DNA from: Bacteroidota bacterium
Lineage (GTDB): Bacteria > Bacteroidota > Bacteroidia > NS11-12g > UBA955
Direction: 5' to 3'
DNA: 64,000 nucleotides
Assembly (NCBI GenBank): GCA_016868535.1
Contig: VGGQ01000002.1
Span: 8,203-72,202 of the forward strand
The translations under genes were made by a program, and so were the position numbers. The notes under the pieces are model-generated. The model did no database searches. It was not told the origin of the DNA and was given only the letters and a program-made list of their open reading frames with translations. Positions within the stretch are counted from its first letter, which is position 1. Every line of letters begins with the position of its first letter. Shown here piece after piece: positions 9,301 through 18,083 of the stretch.

Positions 9301-10445
9301 TAAAATTCTGAGGGAGGAGTACACTCTACGTACTTAGTTTTGCAATTTTTGGTTGAAGCACCAATGCCGTTTTCAGCAGTCAGGCAGAAATCCCATTTAC
9401 CGAGTTCATCCAAAAAGAACTGTGCATTCTGAACAGTGCTGGTGTATGCAGCCCCGGTAGGCGACGTGGCTTCCCAGCTCCATTTGTAAGCACCATCGGT
9501 GGAAAGATCAAGCATTTCTGCATTGTAGTAGATTTCAACCAGGTTGTCTTTGGCAATAAAGTCTGCCGTGGGGACATTTTTAGGACGCACGATGGTAACA
9601 GACTTAGATATTGAGTCTTTGATGCCGCAATAGCTAACCAGCATTTTCACGTCGAATGTAGCAGGAGGAGATGGAGGTGCCCAACTAGCACGACCAACTG
9701 TACCTGTTGTAGCAATAGGAATAACATCTGGACCAGAGAATGTCCATTGGTAATTGTAAGCATTATTGGGATTCGCTGCATTAAACTTAATGGTGGTATT
9801 TTCGTAGTTGGGACCTGTGGGGACAATAAAATTAGCCACGGGAGGCGCACCCACTTTCAGGTTTACCGCTACGTCAATGATATTACCATAAGTGTTCGTT
9901 GATCCGCAACCCATACTGGAGTTTACCGTGCTGTAGAAATAAAATCCACGGAAACGCATGGTGCTTGCACCTGTGGCCGACCAGCAGGGGAGCTTCAACG
10001 TGGCCTTGGTAGGCGTGGCGTCAATGGCAGCCCAGGGACCAGTGGAAGGATTGGCGATGCACTCAGCAGCAGAGAAACTGTTGTTGCGATCATAATCCAG
10101 CCAAATACCAACACGGGTTCGATAGCCCCAGCCATACGCATCTACCGATCCTGTAATTTCCAGGGTAAGATTCTGACCGGCGGTAATATCAATAGGTGAA
10201 GATGCGTTAACCAGCACATTGCTGGTGGCACTGGTTGTAGAACATGCCAGGCCTGAGTAGCTAGCTAGCGTACCCGCATTGTCACTAATTTTGATTTCAA
10301 CGATGTTTCCACCGTAGTTGTGTCCACAACCCCAGGAGTTTGACGCAGAACAAATTTGCCCTCTGGAACTTCCCGGCATCATGGCCAGAAAGCCAATGCC
10401 TAAAAGGCCTAGTGCTCTGGTGATTTTGGTAAATGTTAACTTCAT
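6375..10445 (-). CDS. giant multidomain cell-surface protein with T9SS C-terminal sorting domain (PKD-like, CUB-like, GEVED and tandem Ig-like modules)
   Basis: The likely start is ATG 10445 (MKLTFTKITRALGLLGIGFLAMMPGSSRGQ signal peptide); the 21 codons upstream in the listed ORF are probably not translated. It has a GEFEDYGITL GEVED motif, a CUB-like stretch (GTIYDHAGPGANYGPN...IRIYDAG...GFIATW), several PKD-like modules and five Ig-like repeats. The C-terminus VSVFPNPTSGKVTLSY...GVYMIRLSNDGQTTTKRVVVRN is a T9SS sorting domain. Confidence 0.85.
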   Translation of the reverse strand: MKLTFTKITRALGLLGIGFLAMMPGSSRGQICSASNSWGCGHNYGGNIVEIKISDNAGTLASYSGLACSTTSATSNVLVNASSPIDITAGQNLTLEITGSVDAYGWGYRTRVGIWLDYDRNNSFSAAECIANPSTGPWAAIDATPTKATLKLPCWSATGASTMRFRGFYFYSTVNSSMGCGSTNTYGNIIDVAVNLKVGAPPVANFIVPTGPNYENTTIKFNAANPNNAYNYQWTFSGPDVIPIATTGTVGRASWAPPSPPATFDVKMLVSYCGIKDSISKSVTIVRPKNVPTADFIAKDNLVEIYYNAEMLDLSTDGAYKWSWEATSPTGAAYTSTVQNAQFFLDELGKWDFCLTAENGIGASTKNCKTKYVECTPPSEFYMGITTLGENKKGTIYDHAGPGANYGPNRKTSIDYFKILPCGAKEIRLKFKQIRLTDANDKIRIYDAGQADATKELTPAAGINSTNQATYRNSTFTAKSGAMYLTFESNATGQDSGFIATWDSDLLPPVKPKPSWSTPYNPAAIGTQVEFSNTSSDVQGAPVWDWIVDGNSESGSESFNRVFTSDGTYTVCLAATTCNGTDTFCKTIDIVTPTKPGLLDYTASNVRPDAGKTVDFQITSDYATNFEWNIFPTTYTVMSGALTGTSKKLSLRFDQGGCYTFTLKGWNSAENPAGSTEKKVIKNKYVCALNYCVPLVDLISSDIGINEVTLSRGSTTLINNLSTSGITSYTDYSATQKATLTFGASYTLDVARLTNSNSLNYKAWIDFNVDGDFFDVGEEVMSTGAISGLKATVSFTVPNKSASFEGKTRLRVSSSYGNFTNTPCGVNIVGEFEDYGITLANDGSFPEITLVGKDTLYVERTGTSNGCWDEVAKTTYSASDPTEGDMTSKVVVNSDLDCTIPGIYSIDFNVTDASGNSAAPKRRTVYVVLDRTAPTLTLNGNAVETVEQCGTYNEAGAIATDAVDGNLTTAIVITGSVNTSTVGDYTITYTVSDAQGNTTVKTRTVQVRDTKKPGIYTVGSRIVDNTIIKVQINSVFVDNIYAQDECNGDINIVKTPGFNGPVNTAIRATYPVIYTAEDPNGNLADENGYVINYQVDDYIAPTVALNTEAIIIHDVNTPYVSRDVTVSDNYYPLNKVSVIKTGSVDPYTLGTYTESYTATDESGNSTTVVRTVNVIDRVAPQILAPAMNVCVGTPFWAMSGLVISDNYYSPATLTPLVSVLNHNINIWEAGVYYINYTLTDPSGNKAMMVTRPVFVNYPPNCQNTYLSTANIDLDEAVSVFPNPTSGKVTLSYMIQNSKPVSVEVFNVSGSKVASFNNLKSGLGHAEINMSQFGNGVYMIRLSNDGQTTTKRVVVRN
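6678..7913 (-). repeat. five tandem 79-88-aa Ig-like (DUF5011/HYR-like) modules inside the giant CDS
   Basis: The modules end with RRTVYVVLD, TRTVQVRD, VINYQVDD, VRTVNVID and TRPVFVN (ORF residues ~866-1277). The repeat is at protein level; the DNA copies are diverged. Confidence 0.6.
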
Positions 10446-10583
10446 AGTATGAATATTTATATTGTAGTTGTTGCAATAATAGCTAAAATTATGACGCCAT
10501 ACCCCCAAAAGGTTGCATAAATTTTAAAAAAATGTTTCTGCTTATGACAGAAATATGACTTTTCTATTTTGTTACCATAGCCA

Positions 10584-11975
10584 TTATGGCACCAGCAATA
10601 CCTGTCCGGCCCTTATTTCAGTGCTTTTAAGACTGTTTACGCTTTGCAATTCAGCTACAGAGACAGCGTATCTCCTCGAAATCTGATACAGTGTCTCTCC
10701 CACAGAAACCGTATGTCTCTTAATTTCTTTTTGTTGAACCCGATTGTATTTGGGTGTTATCCGCAATTCCTGACCAGCTTTTATTTTTGAGTCTATTAGA
10801 AAATTCCAGCCCAGGAGTGAATCGGCTGAAATTTTATACAAACGGGAAATGCTGTACACCGTTTCTCCGGCAAGAACAATATGAAAGAACAATCCGCTGA
10901 CCGCACTGCTGTCTGAATACGCTGTTTTGTTTGAGTGAATTATTGGCCGGGGTGCTAAAACAGGATTTCCGGCTGAAGACAAATCCCGCACTGAATCGAT
11001 TTTTAAATTGTACTCGGTATGTTCCCCTTTGATAGTTTCGTTTGTTTTGACAGGTTGTGTTTTTAGGTCCGATGAGGCTTCCCAGGCAGAATCACTTTTT
11101 CGTTTTTCCCTCAAATAAATAATCTCACCGGGCTTTAGCGGCCTGGATGACATTATTTGATTGAATTTTTCAAGATGTTTTAATTTTACTGCGTGTTGCT
11201 GACTAATATCTCTAAGTGATTCACCATCCAGTACAAGGTGAAAATCAACATCTGCCTTGCGTTTTTTGGGCTTGAGATAAACAATTTCTCCGGGCTTTAA
11301 TTCGTCTCCCCTTCTGAGGTCATTGTATTTGTAAATTTGCCATACCCCCATGTCATAAAGTTTGGCTATGTCATCCGGATTTCTGCTTTTGGATACAATC
11401 ACGGCGGGAAGTCCGTGCACCTGAATCAATCGGCCTGCGGCAGTATCCGGTGATGCATAGTCTTCCCCCAGCACCATCATGCTATCATACATAGAAAGGT
11501 GGTATCTTTCCACAACACCTATTATAATGTCACCATAAGCAGGATTGGTTGCATATCCGGCCTGGCGCAAGCCATGGGCCCAGGCTTTGTAATCCGTTGC
11601 AGGCAGGCCAAACAAAAATTCGTAGCGCGAAGCACCTTTTAAAAACAAACTATGATCGCGATAGCTTTCCATGGCATTGGAATAGCCTCTGAAACATTCA
11701 TTGGCCGCATCATCATCCGCCAGACAAAAATTGCCCGTCCAGTTTTTGCGACACTTTATACCAAAATGATTGTTGCAGTCTTTGGCAAGCTTGCTGTTTC
11801 CGCTGGCACTCTCCAAAATTCCCTGGGCTAGGGTAACAGATGCAGGTATTTCATAAATCTTCATTTCCTGCATGGCCGCGTATTTAAATTCCTCAATATA
11901 CTGCTGTGTACTCAACTTTTGAGCACAGAGCATTTTGCTCACAAAGAATACAAAAAGCAGACATTTGCAACGCAT
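10584..11975 (-). CDS. peptidoglycan N-acetylglucosaminidase (FlgJ/mannosyl-glycoprotein endo-beta-GlcNAc-ase domain) with C-terminal LysM repeats
   Basis: The likely start is ATG 11975 (MRCKCLLFVFFVSKMLCAQ signal). It has the PASVTLAQGILESASGNSKLAKDCNNHFGIKC glucosaminidase motif. At least three LysM units are present (HLVLDGESLRDISQ..., HIVLAGETVYSISRLY..., HTVSVGETLYQISRRY...). Confidence 0.85.
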   Translation of the reverse strand: MRCKCLLFVFFVSKMLCAQKLSTQQYIEEFKYAAMQEMKIYEIPASVTLAQGILESASGNSKLAKDCNNHFGIKCRKNWTGNFCLADDDAANECFRGYSNAMESYRDHSLFLKGASRYEFLFGLPATDYKAWAHGLRQAGYATNPAYGDIIIGVVERYHLSMYDSMMVLGEDYASPDTAAGRLIQVHGLPAVIVSKSRNPDDIAKLYDMGVWQIYKYNDLRRGDELKPGEIVYLKPKKRKADVDFHLVLDGESLRDISQQHAVKLKHLEKFNQIMSSRPLKPGEIIYLREKRKSDSAWEASSDLKTQPVKTNETIKGEHTEYNLKIDSVRDLSSAGNPVLAPRPIIHSNKTAYSDSSAVSGLFFHIVLAGETVYSISRLYKISADSLLGWNFLIDSKIKAGQELRITPKYNRVQQKEIKRHTVSVGETLYQISRRYAVSVAELQSVNSLKSTEIRAGQVLLVP

Positions 11976-12153
11976 CGGGTCGGTTAAATCCTCTCGAAAA
12001 TAGAAAACGCTCAAAGACAACAAATATTCTTTTTCGCACAACCGTGCATAACACCGGCATTGAAGCATTCGCAATTCACATGGCATGTTACCATATAATA
12101 TCGCACCTTTTACAAGATTACTGCCGTAAATTTCGTTTTTTTGCAAGACATTC

Positions 12154-14295
12154 ATGAAAATTAAATCCTTTTTAGGTCTGCTGCTATTATTGACCGTAAT
12201 TCCTGCTGTGGGTCAGATGAAAAAACCCACGGCTAAAAACATGGTCTTCTCTGCTTCAAAAGCCAAAGTTGGAGACATTATAGAAATCACGGTAAGCATG
12301 TCGCCTGCCCCAGGAATGCATATCTACAGTGAAAAATCAACCTGCGCTGAAGATGTTGGCTACACAAGGGCTTCAATAACCTTTACCGGAGATCACTTTG
12401 TACCGGTGGGCAAAGCCATAGGTGTGGGCGACAAAATGAGGACCGATGAGCTGGCTGAACTCGATAAGGTAGAATGCAAAACGGGTGTCTTTCCCGGTCA
12501 GGCTTTATTTAAACAAAAAATTAAAGTTACAGGCAGCATTCAGAAGATGGTTTGTGCTTTCAGCGGACAAATGTGTGATGAAAGCCAGTGTGTGAAAATA
12601 GAAGAGACGCTGAAAACAGACAATCCGGTAATAGTGGAAGGTGCCGCTGCAGGAGAGAATTCTCCGGTTGGACCGACGGACACCGATGCAAAATCAAACA
12701 GCAAAACTGATACTTCAAATTCTGGCGGCTCAAAAACCAGGTCATCATACAAAGCAGGCAACGGGAACTGCAACGAGCTGAAATACACAGGCAGCCTGGG
12801 CAATGCCAAAAGCGAAACAACCAACAAAGGACTGGGGCTGGTGTTCTGGCTGGCATTTACCTCGGGCTTGCTGGCGCTGCTTACACCTTGCGTATTCCCC
12901 ATGATTCCCATGACAGTAGCGTTTTTCCTTAAAAACGAAGACCGCAAGAAATCGATACGCGACGGTTTGGTTTTTGCTGCGGCCATTATTCTCATATATG
13001 TATTTATTGGAACACTGGTGAGCAAACTGGTGGGTCCTGATGCGGCAAACTGGCTCAGTACACACTGGATTCCCAATGTTTTCTTCTTCGTGATTTTTAT
13101 TGTTTTTGCGGCCAGCTTCTTTGGTGCCTTCGAACTTGTATTGCCCTCCTCATGGGTGAATGCCATCGACAAAAAAGCAGATAAAGGCGGAATTGCAGGG
13201 CCTGTATTTATGGCACTTACCATTGCCCTGGTATCGTTCTCATGTACCGGCCCCATTGTAGGCTCTGTATTGGTGGAAAGTGCCAAAGGCGGCCTGAGTA
13301 CACCCATTGTGGCTATGCTGGGCTTCTCCCTTGCATTTGCGTTGCCCTTTGGATTGCTGGTGGTGTTCCCCAGCTACATGAAAAGCCTTCCCAAAAGCGG
13401 GGGCTGGCTAAACAGTGTGAAGGTGGTTCTCGGCTTTTTGGAACTGGCCTTTGCACTGAAATTCCTCAGCACGGCGGACCAAACCTATCACTGGGGCATA
13501 CTTGACAGGGAGATATACCTGGCGCTCTGGATTGTGATATTCTCGCTGATGGCGATCTACCTGATGGGGAAAATAAAGTTTCCCCATGACAGCGATGTAT
13601 CATACTGGTCTGTAACACGCCTTATGCTGGTTATCACAACCTGGTCTTTTGTAGTTTATCTCGTGCCCGGGCTCTGGGGTGCTCCATTAAAATCACTGGC
13701 AGGATATCTACCACCCATGCACACACAGGATTTCAGACTCGGAAGTGCAGAAAATAAGGCTGAGAATACAACCTCAAACGATACCTCGGTGTCTGCGGCA
13801 ACCTGCCAAATCCCGAAATACTCAGAGCAACTTCATATTCCGCATGATATAAAAGGTTACTATGATTACGAAGAAGCTCTGAAATGTGCCCTGGCTCAAA
13901 AAAAGCCTGTTTTAATTGACTTTACCGGACATGGATGTGTGAACTGTCGCAAGATGGAAGAAAAAGTCTGGAGTAATCCTGATGTGCTGAAGATCCTGAA
14001 GAACGATTATGTGGTTGTTTCGCTGTATGTGGATGACAAAAAGATTAAGCTGTCTGAAAAGGAGCAGTTCACAGGCAAATTCTCAGGAAAACTAATAAAA
14101 ACGCTTGGCGAAAAGAACGCCGAAATTCAGGCTTGTTACTTCAACAGCAATAGTCAGCCGCTTTATGCACTGATGACGGGTAATGAAGTTTTACTGCAGC
14201 ACCCGGGCAGTGCTGAGACTTTCGACTATAATCCGGATAAGTTCAAAGCTTTTCTGCAAAACGGACTACGCGAATTTAAAAAATCCCAACCATGA
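12154..14295 (+). CDS. dsbD: thiol:disulfide interchange protein, DsbD-like three-domain reductant transporter
   Basis: Signal peptide plus an N-terminal DsbD-alpha-like domain, then an S/T/N-rich linker. The CcdA/DsbD membrane core carries Cys motifs ([18 protein letters not shown]). The C-terminal thioredoxin fold has [11 protein letters not shown]. Confidence 0.85.
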   Translation: MKIKSFLGLLLLLTVIPAVGQMKKPTAKNMVFSASKAKVGDIIEITVSMSPAPGMHIYSEKSTCAEDVGYTRASITFTGDHFVPVGKAIGVGDKMRTDELAELDKVECKTGVFPGQALFKQKIKVTGSIQKMVCAFSGQMCDESQCVKIEETLKTDNPVIVEGAAAGENSPVGPTDTDAKSNSKTDTSNSGGSKTRSSYKAGNGNCNELKYTGSLGNAKSETTNKGLGLVFWLAFTSGLLALLTPCVFPMIPMTVAFFLKNEDRKKSIRDGLVFAAAIILIYVFIGTLVSKLVGPDAANWLSTHWIPNVFFFVIFIVFAASFFGAFELVLPSSWVNAIDKKADKGGIAGPVFMALTIALVSFSCTGPIVGSVLVESAKGGLSTPIVAMLGFSLAFALPFGLLVVFPSYMKSLPKSGGWLNSVKVVLGFLELAFALKFLSTADQTYHWGILDREIYLALWIVIFSLMAIYLMGKIKFPHDSDVSYWSVTRLMLVITTWSFVVYLVPGLWGAPLKSLAGYLPPMHTQDFRLGSAENKAENTTSNDTSVSAATCQIPKYSEQLHIPHDIKGYYDYEEALKCALAQKKPVLIDFTGHGCVNCRKMEEKVWSNPDVLKILKNDYVVVSLYVDDKKIKLSEKEQFTGKFSGKLIKTLGEKNAEIQACYFNSNSQPLYALMTGNEVLLQHPGSAETFDYNPDKFKAFLQNGLREFKKSQP

Positions 14296-14870
14296 ATAAG
14301 GAAAGAATAAGACAGCATTTAACCGAGGCGTCAGAGACGTTGAGGTTGTTCATGGCCGATGAAAAAAATATTGTGCATATTGAAAAGGCGGCAACCCTAA
14401 TGGCCGAATGCCTTATCAATGGGGGTAAAATTATCACTTGCGGTAATGGGGGCAGCCACTGCGATGCCATGCACTTTGCCGAGGAACTGAGCGGACGCTA
14501 CCGCGGCAACCGCAGGGCTCTGGCAGCCATGGCCATTAGCGATCCCAGCCATATGAGCTGTGTGGGCAACGATTATGGTTATGATTTTATCTTCAGCCGC
14601 TACCTGGAGGCTCTGGGCAAGCCCGGCGATGTTTTACTGGGCATAAGCAGTAGCGGTAACAGTAAGAACATTATACTGGCCATGGAAGCTGCAAAGGCAG
14701 CAGGAATGAAAACTGTGGGCCTTACCGGTAAAGACGGCGGTGGAATGGCAGCACTCTGTGATGTTGAAGTCAGGGCGCCCAAATCAGAATATGCAGACCG
14801 TGCCCAGGAAATTCATATCAAGGTTATTCATGCACTCATAGACAGTATTGAGCAAATGGTTTTGAGGTGA
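14292..14870 (+). CDS. gmhA: D-sedoheptulose-7-phosphate isomerase (SIS domain)
   Basis: 192 aa with [17 protein letters not shown] and [11 protein letters not shown] motifs. ATGA overlap with the dsbD-like stop. Confidence 0.85.
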   Translation: MNKERIRQHLTEASETLRLFMADEKNIVHIEKAATLMAECLINGGKIITCGNGGSHCDAMHFAEELSGRYRGNRRALAAMAISDPSHMSCVGNDYGYDFIFSRYLEALGKPGDVLLGISSSGNSKNIILAMEAAKAAGMKTVGLTGKDGGGMAALCDVEVRAPKSEYADRAQEIHIKVIHALIDSIEQMVLR

Positions 14871-14909
14871 AATCTTGTTTTGTGAGGGTAAAATAATATT
14901 TTCGCCCGT

Positions 14910-16163
14910 ATGGATATTCGCTTCCGCTTAACGGTTCTCAGCTTTTTCCAATTCTTTGTATGGGGCGCCTGGTTAATTACCATTGGCACCTACTTTTTCG
15001 GCAATAACCTGGGCACAGTAGAGCAGTTCGGCGCCATATTTTCAACGCTTGCCATCTCCTCACTCATTATGCCTGCGGTAACAGGTATCATTGCAGACCG
15101 CTGGATAAATGCAGAAAAACTCTACGCTACATTGCAAATAGCATACGGGGCATTGCTTTGGATGGTTCCGGAAATGAAAACTGCCGATGAATTATACTGG
15201 CTTATACTGGCAGCAATGTTCTGTTATATGCCCACCATATCCCTGTCTAATTCTATTTCCTACATCCTGCTTTCCAAAAGCGGACATGACGTAATCAAGG
15301 TCTTCCCTCCCATTAGGGTCTGGGGTACCATTGGTTTCATTGCCGCCATGTGGGTCACAAATCTTACGGGAAGCAAGGCGAATGCCCATCAATTTCTGAT
15401 TGCCGGCAGTGTAGCCATCGGCCTAGGATTTTACGGATTTATGCTGCCTGCGTGCAAACCTTCTAATCTGAAAACCGAAAACCGCAACATTTATTCTCAA
15501 CTGGGTCTGGATGCGTTTAAATTATTGGCGAAGTATCGGATGGCTTTGTTTTTTATTTTCTCAATGTTTTTGGGGGCCGCGCTGCAGTTAACCAATATGT
15601 ATGGCGATACATTTCTGGATGATTTTAAAAACAATCCCCTCTACGGTCCGGAATCTTTTGTAGTGAAGTATTCCACCATTATCATGTCCATTTCACAGGT
15701 ATCCGAAACTGTTTTTATCCTGACTATACCCTTTTTTCTGAAACGTTTCGGAATTAAAAAGGTAATGTTGTTTGCCATGCTGGCCTGGGTCCTTCGGTTT
15801 GGCCTTTTCTCTTTTGGCAATCCGGCAGAAGGTCTGTGGATGATTGTTTTAAGTTGCATCATTTATGGAATGGCCTTTGACTTTTTCAATATTTCCGGTT
15901 CCTTGTTCATTGAAACAAATACAGATGCAGGAATCCGTTCCAGTGCACAGGGATTATTTATGATGATGACCAATGGTATCGGTGCCTTTTTGGGCAGCAA
16001 AACAAGCGGATGGGCCATTGATACATTTTATATGAATGGCAATGAAAAAAACTGGCATAATATATGGCTGGGTTTTGCCGGATACGCCCTGATTATTGCC
16101 TTGCTGTTTCTATTATTATTCAAGGAAGAGCCTATGAATAAATCTGCAACAATACAGCACTAA
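14910..16163 (+). CDS. MFS nucleoside:H+ symporter (NupG/XapB family)
   Basis: 417 aa with about 12 predicted TM helices. The N-terminus MDIRFRLTVLSFFQFFVWGAWLITIGTY is typical of the NupG family. Confidence 0.75.
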   Translation: MDIRFRLTVLSFFQFFVWGAWLITIGTYFFGNNLGTVEQFGAIFSTLAISSLIMPAVTGIIADRWINAEKLYATLQIAYGALLWMVPEMKTADELYWLILAAMFCYMPTISLSNSISYILLSKSGHDVIKVFPPIRVWGTIGFIAAMWVTNLTGSKANAHQFLIAGSVAIGLGFYGFMLPACKPSNLKTENRNIYSQLGLDAFKLLAKYRMALFFIFSMFLGAALQLTNMYGDTFLDDFKNNPLYGPESFVVKYSTIIMSISQVSETVFILTIPFFLKRFGIKKVMLFAMLAWVLRFGLFSFGNPAEGLWMIVLSCIIYGMAFDFFNISGSLFIETNTDAGIRSSAQGLFMMMTNGIGAFLGSKTSGWAIDTFYMNGNEKNWHNIWLGFAGYALIIALLFLLLFKEEPMNKSATIQH

Positions 16164-16795
16164 ACGCGCCTATCAAAACGGTCATAAGGATCTTCCCTGG
16201 TATCAGTATCATTAAGCCAGGAAGGTCGCATGTCCATGGTAAAAGGGCGGTATCCTTTTCTCATTAAAACAGCCGTTATTATTCCTGTTACAGTTCCTGA
16301 AAGATGGCCTTCCCAGGATACTTTCTGCTGCCATGGGAATACCCCCCAGATCATTCCACCATAGTACATTAGCAGCATAAAGGAAAGCAGTCTTAAACGC
16401 CGGTTTCCGGCCATAAAACCGGCAAAAATCAGGAAACTGAAAAGGCCATAAATGACTCCGCTGCTACCAATGTGCATTGTCCCCTTTTCACCTATAAGAA
16501 ACAGAATTACTCCGGCACCAAGCCATTGCAACCCAATTATGTATGCGGACATATACCTAAAATGTAGTAAAATAAGCAGTAAGCCAAGAAACAATTGCAT
16601 GGTGTTACCCCATAGGTGACCTGTATCTGCATGGACAAAGGGCATCAGCAGAATACCCGGAAGATGGTTTATAGATCCGGGGCTAAGTGCAAAATAATTT
16701 GATATTAGATTTCCGGATGAAATGAGGTAAAAAGCGCCTACCGGCAATAACGAAATCCATATTGCGGTTATAATCTGCTTAGATAATGACTTCAC
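16160..16795 (-). CDS. rhomboid-family intramembrane serine protease
   Basis: Polytopic membrane protein with HADTGHLWGNTMQL and the GSSGVIYGL catalytic-serine motif. GTG start. Confidence 0.8.
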   Translation of the reverse strand: MKSLSKQIITAIWISLLPVGAFYLISSGNLISNYFALSPGSINHLPGILLMPFVHADTGHLWGNTMQLFLGLLLILLHFRYMSAYIIGLQWLGAGVILFLIGEKGTMHIGSSGVIYGLFSFLIFAGFMAGNRRLRLLSFMLLMYYGGMIWGVFPWQQKVSWEGHLSGTVTGIITAVLMRKGYRPFTMDMRPSWLNDTDTREDPYDRFDRRV

Positions 16796-16799
16796 GGAT

Positions 16800-17264
16800 T
16801 TATAGGTCTATTGCACCGTTTATCCACTCCGGATCCAGAGTGGCGTTGAATTTTTTGTAGAAATCTACAGCCGGCTGATTCCAGTCAAGCACCTGCCATG
16901 ACAACCTTTTGTAGCCATTTTTTCGGGCAAACTCAATGCATCTTTCAAACAAGAGGCTTCCCAGGCCATGCCTGCGGCAGTTCTCCTTAACATAAAGATC
17001 TTCGAGATACAAAACTGGCCCCTTCCATGTGCTGTATCTTATGTAGCATAGCGAAAACCCAACAATTGCACCATCAGGGCTCTCGGCAACCATAGCTGTA
17101 AATAAGGGAGATTTTCCGGTAAATCCGTCCCTGAGCAATTGATCGGGTGAATTGATCACTTCACGTGGAGCTTTTTCATACAGGGCCAGCTCTTTTATCA
17201 ATTCAAAAATAGCATAAACATCTGCCGCAACAGCAGGCCTGATAAGGTAGGAAGGAAGAGACAT
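16800..17264 (-). CDS. GNAT-family N-acetyltransferase (diamine/spermidine acetyltransferase-like)
   Basis: 154 aa with the acetyl-CoA-binding motif RRHGLGSLLFERCIEFARKNGY. Confidence 0.8.
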   Translation of the reverse strand: MSLPSYLIRPAVAADVYAIFELIKELALYEKAPREVINSPDQLLRDGFTGKSPLFTAMVAESPDGAIVGFSLCYIRYSTWKGPVLYLEDLYVKENCRRHGLGSLLFERCIEFARKNGYKRLSWQVLDWNQPAVDFYKKFNATLDPEWINGAIDL

Positions 17265-17266
17265 GC

Positions 17267-17641
17267 TTAACGAACTATCAGTCGCAGAATTTTGGATTTT
17301 TCACCTGCAAATACCTGAACAAAGTAAACGCCTTTATCAATTTTGAGGTCGGCTAAATCTACACGCACTTTTGCCCCTGCAAACTCAGTTTTTTTTATGG
17401 GAGCAGTATAAATGATTTCACCCAATACATTCGATATGGAAAAACGGGCATTGGGATAATCGGATTCAGAGAAAACCAGATTGATGTGAAACCAGCTACT
17501 GGTAACAGGATTGGGATGCAGTGTAAACCCGGGACCCGGCCCTGTAATAGCATCGGAAGGCTTTGTGGAAGCTGACAACGAAAGACTGCTGAAGCAGAAG
17601 GCAGAGAACAATAAAAAGCAAACGGGTAGTTTTCTAACCAT
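17267..17641 (-). CDS. mini-protein consisting of signal peptide plus T9SS C-terminal sorting domain only
   Basis: The likely start is ATG 17641 (MVRKLPVCFLLFSAFCFSSLSLSAS). After about 12 linker residues the rest is a sorting domain: FTLHPNPVTSSWFHINL...GVYFVQVFAGEKSKILRLIVR. 124 aa in total. Confidence 0.75.
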   Translation of the reverse strand: MVRKLPVCFLLFSAFCFSSLSLSASTKPSDAITGPGPGFTLHPNPVTSSWFHINLVFSESDYPNARFSISNVLGEIIYTAPIKKTEFAGAKVRVDLADLKIDKGVYFVQVFAGEKSKILRLIVR

Positions 17642-17660
17642 ATTGTCTAGGGCGAAGATA

Positions 17661-17691
17661 ACACAAAAAGGGCACTTATGCAAGTGCCCTT
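17661..17691 (-). terminator. rho-independent terminator after the small lipoprotein gene
   Basis: Perfect 10-bp stem aagggcactt/atgc/aagtgccctt (17668-17691), followed on the minus strand by TTTGTGT. Confidence 0.65.
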
Positions 17692-17724
17692 AAAATTGTC
17701 TTCGAAGATGAATTACTTCTTCTC

Positions 17725-17907
17725 TTACTTTCCCTTGGCAGTGTCAGCAGCAGCAGAAGTGTCGGTGTCAACTGGTGCGGGAGTAGCCGTTGTAGTGTCA
17801 ACTGTTGCAGCGGGAGTGGAATCATCAGTTGAAGTACCGCTGTTACCTGAACAAGCTGCGAAAGCGAACATAGCGCAGGCAGCAATGGCGAAATAGATCT
17901 TTTTCAT
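17725..17907 (-). CDS. small Thr/Asp/Ala-rich lipoprotein (60 aa)
   Basis: Canonical lipoprotein signal MKKIYFAIAACAMFAFAAC followed by a low-complexity SGNSGTSTDDSTPAATVDTTTATPAPVDTDTSAAADTAKGK tail. It has its own terminator downstream and an AT-rich upstream region. The overlapping ORFs in other frames lack such features. Confidence 0.6.
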   Translation of the reverse strand: MKKIYFAIAACAMFAFAACSGNSGTSTDDSTPAATVDTTTATPAPVDTDTSAAADTAKGK

Positions 17908-18083
17908 TTTGTGTTTTCTTGATTAAATGTGTGGCAAAAATAAAAGTGAAAAATAAAAATACAATACTTTTCCTAATTTTTTTTTATTTTTTTCAAAAAA
18001 ACTTTTAAACGCAGGCCCCGAAACCTGAATAAATATCTAGAAAAGCGAAACAAACAGCACAACTTGCAGGTTATAATATTTTG

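Noticed and set aside
13211-13226. Second sigma-54-like element, TGGCACTTACCATTGC, inside the DsbD-like gene
   Set aside because: The spacer is 6 nt rather than 5 (GG-N11-GC), which is incompatible with the strict -24/-12 spacing. It is also deep inside a CDS.
12540-13307. 255-aa minus-strand ORF, plus shorter ones at 12560..12856 and 12745..13065, antisense to the DsbD-like gene
   Set aside because: They are fully embedded in a well-supported plus-strand CDS with recognisable Cys motifs and TM helices. The antisense translations are low-complexity with no motifs. These are typical shadow ORFs.
17668-17691. GGCAC...GC string that at first looked like a sigma-54 promoter
   Set aside because: It is the perfect inverted repeat of a terminator hairpin, and the GG/GC spacing does not fit.
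17676-17896. Two alternative ORFs (17678..17896 plus, 17676..17885 minus) overlapping the small lipoprotein gene
   Set aside because: Only the 17725..17907 minus frame has a canonical lipoprotein signal with a Cys and is followed by a hairpin terminator. The others are frame or strand shadows of the same low-complexity DNA.
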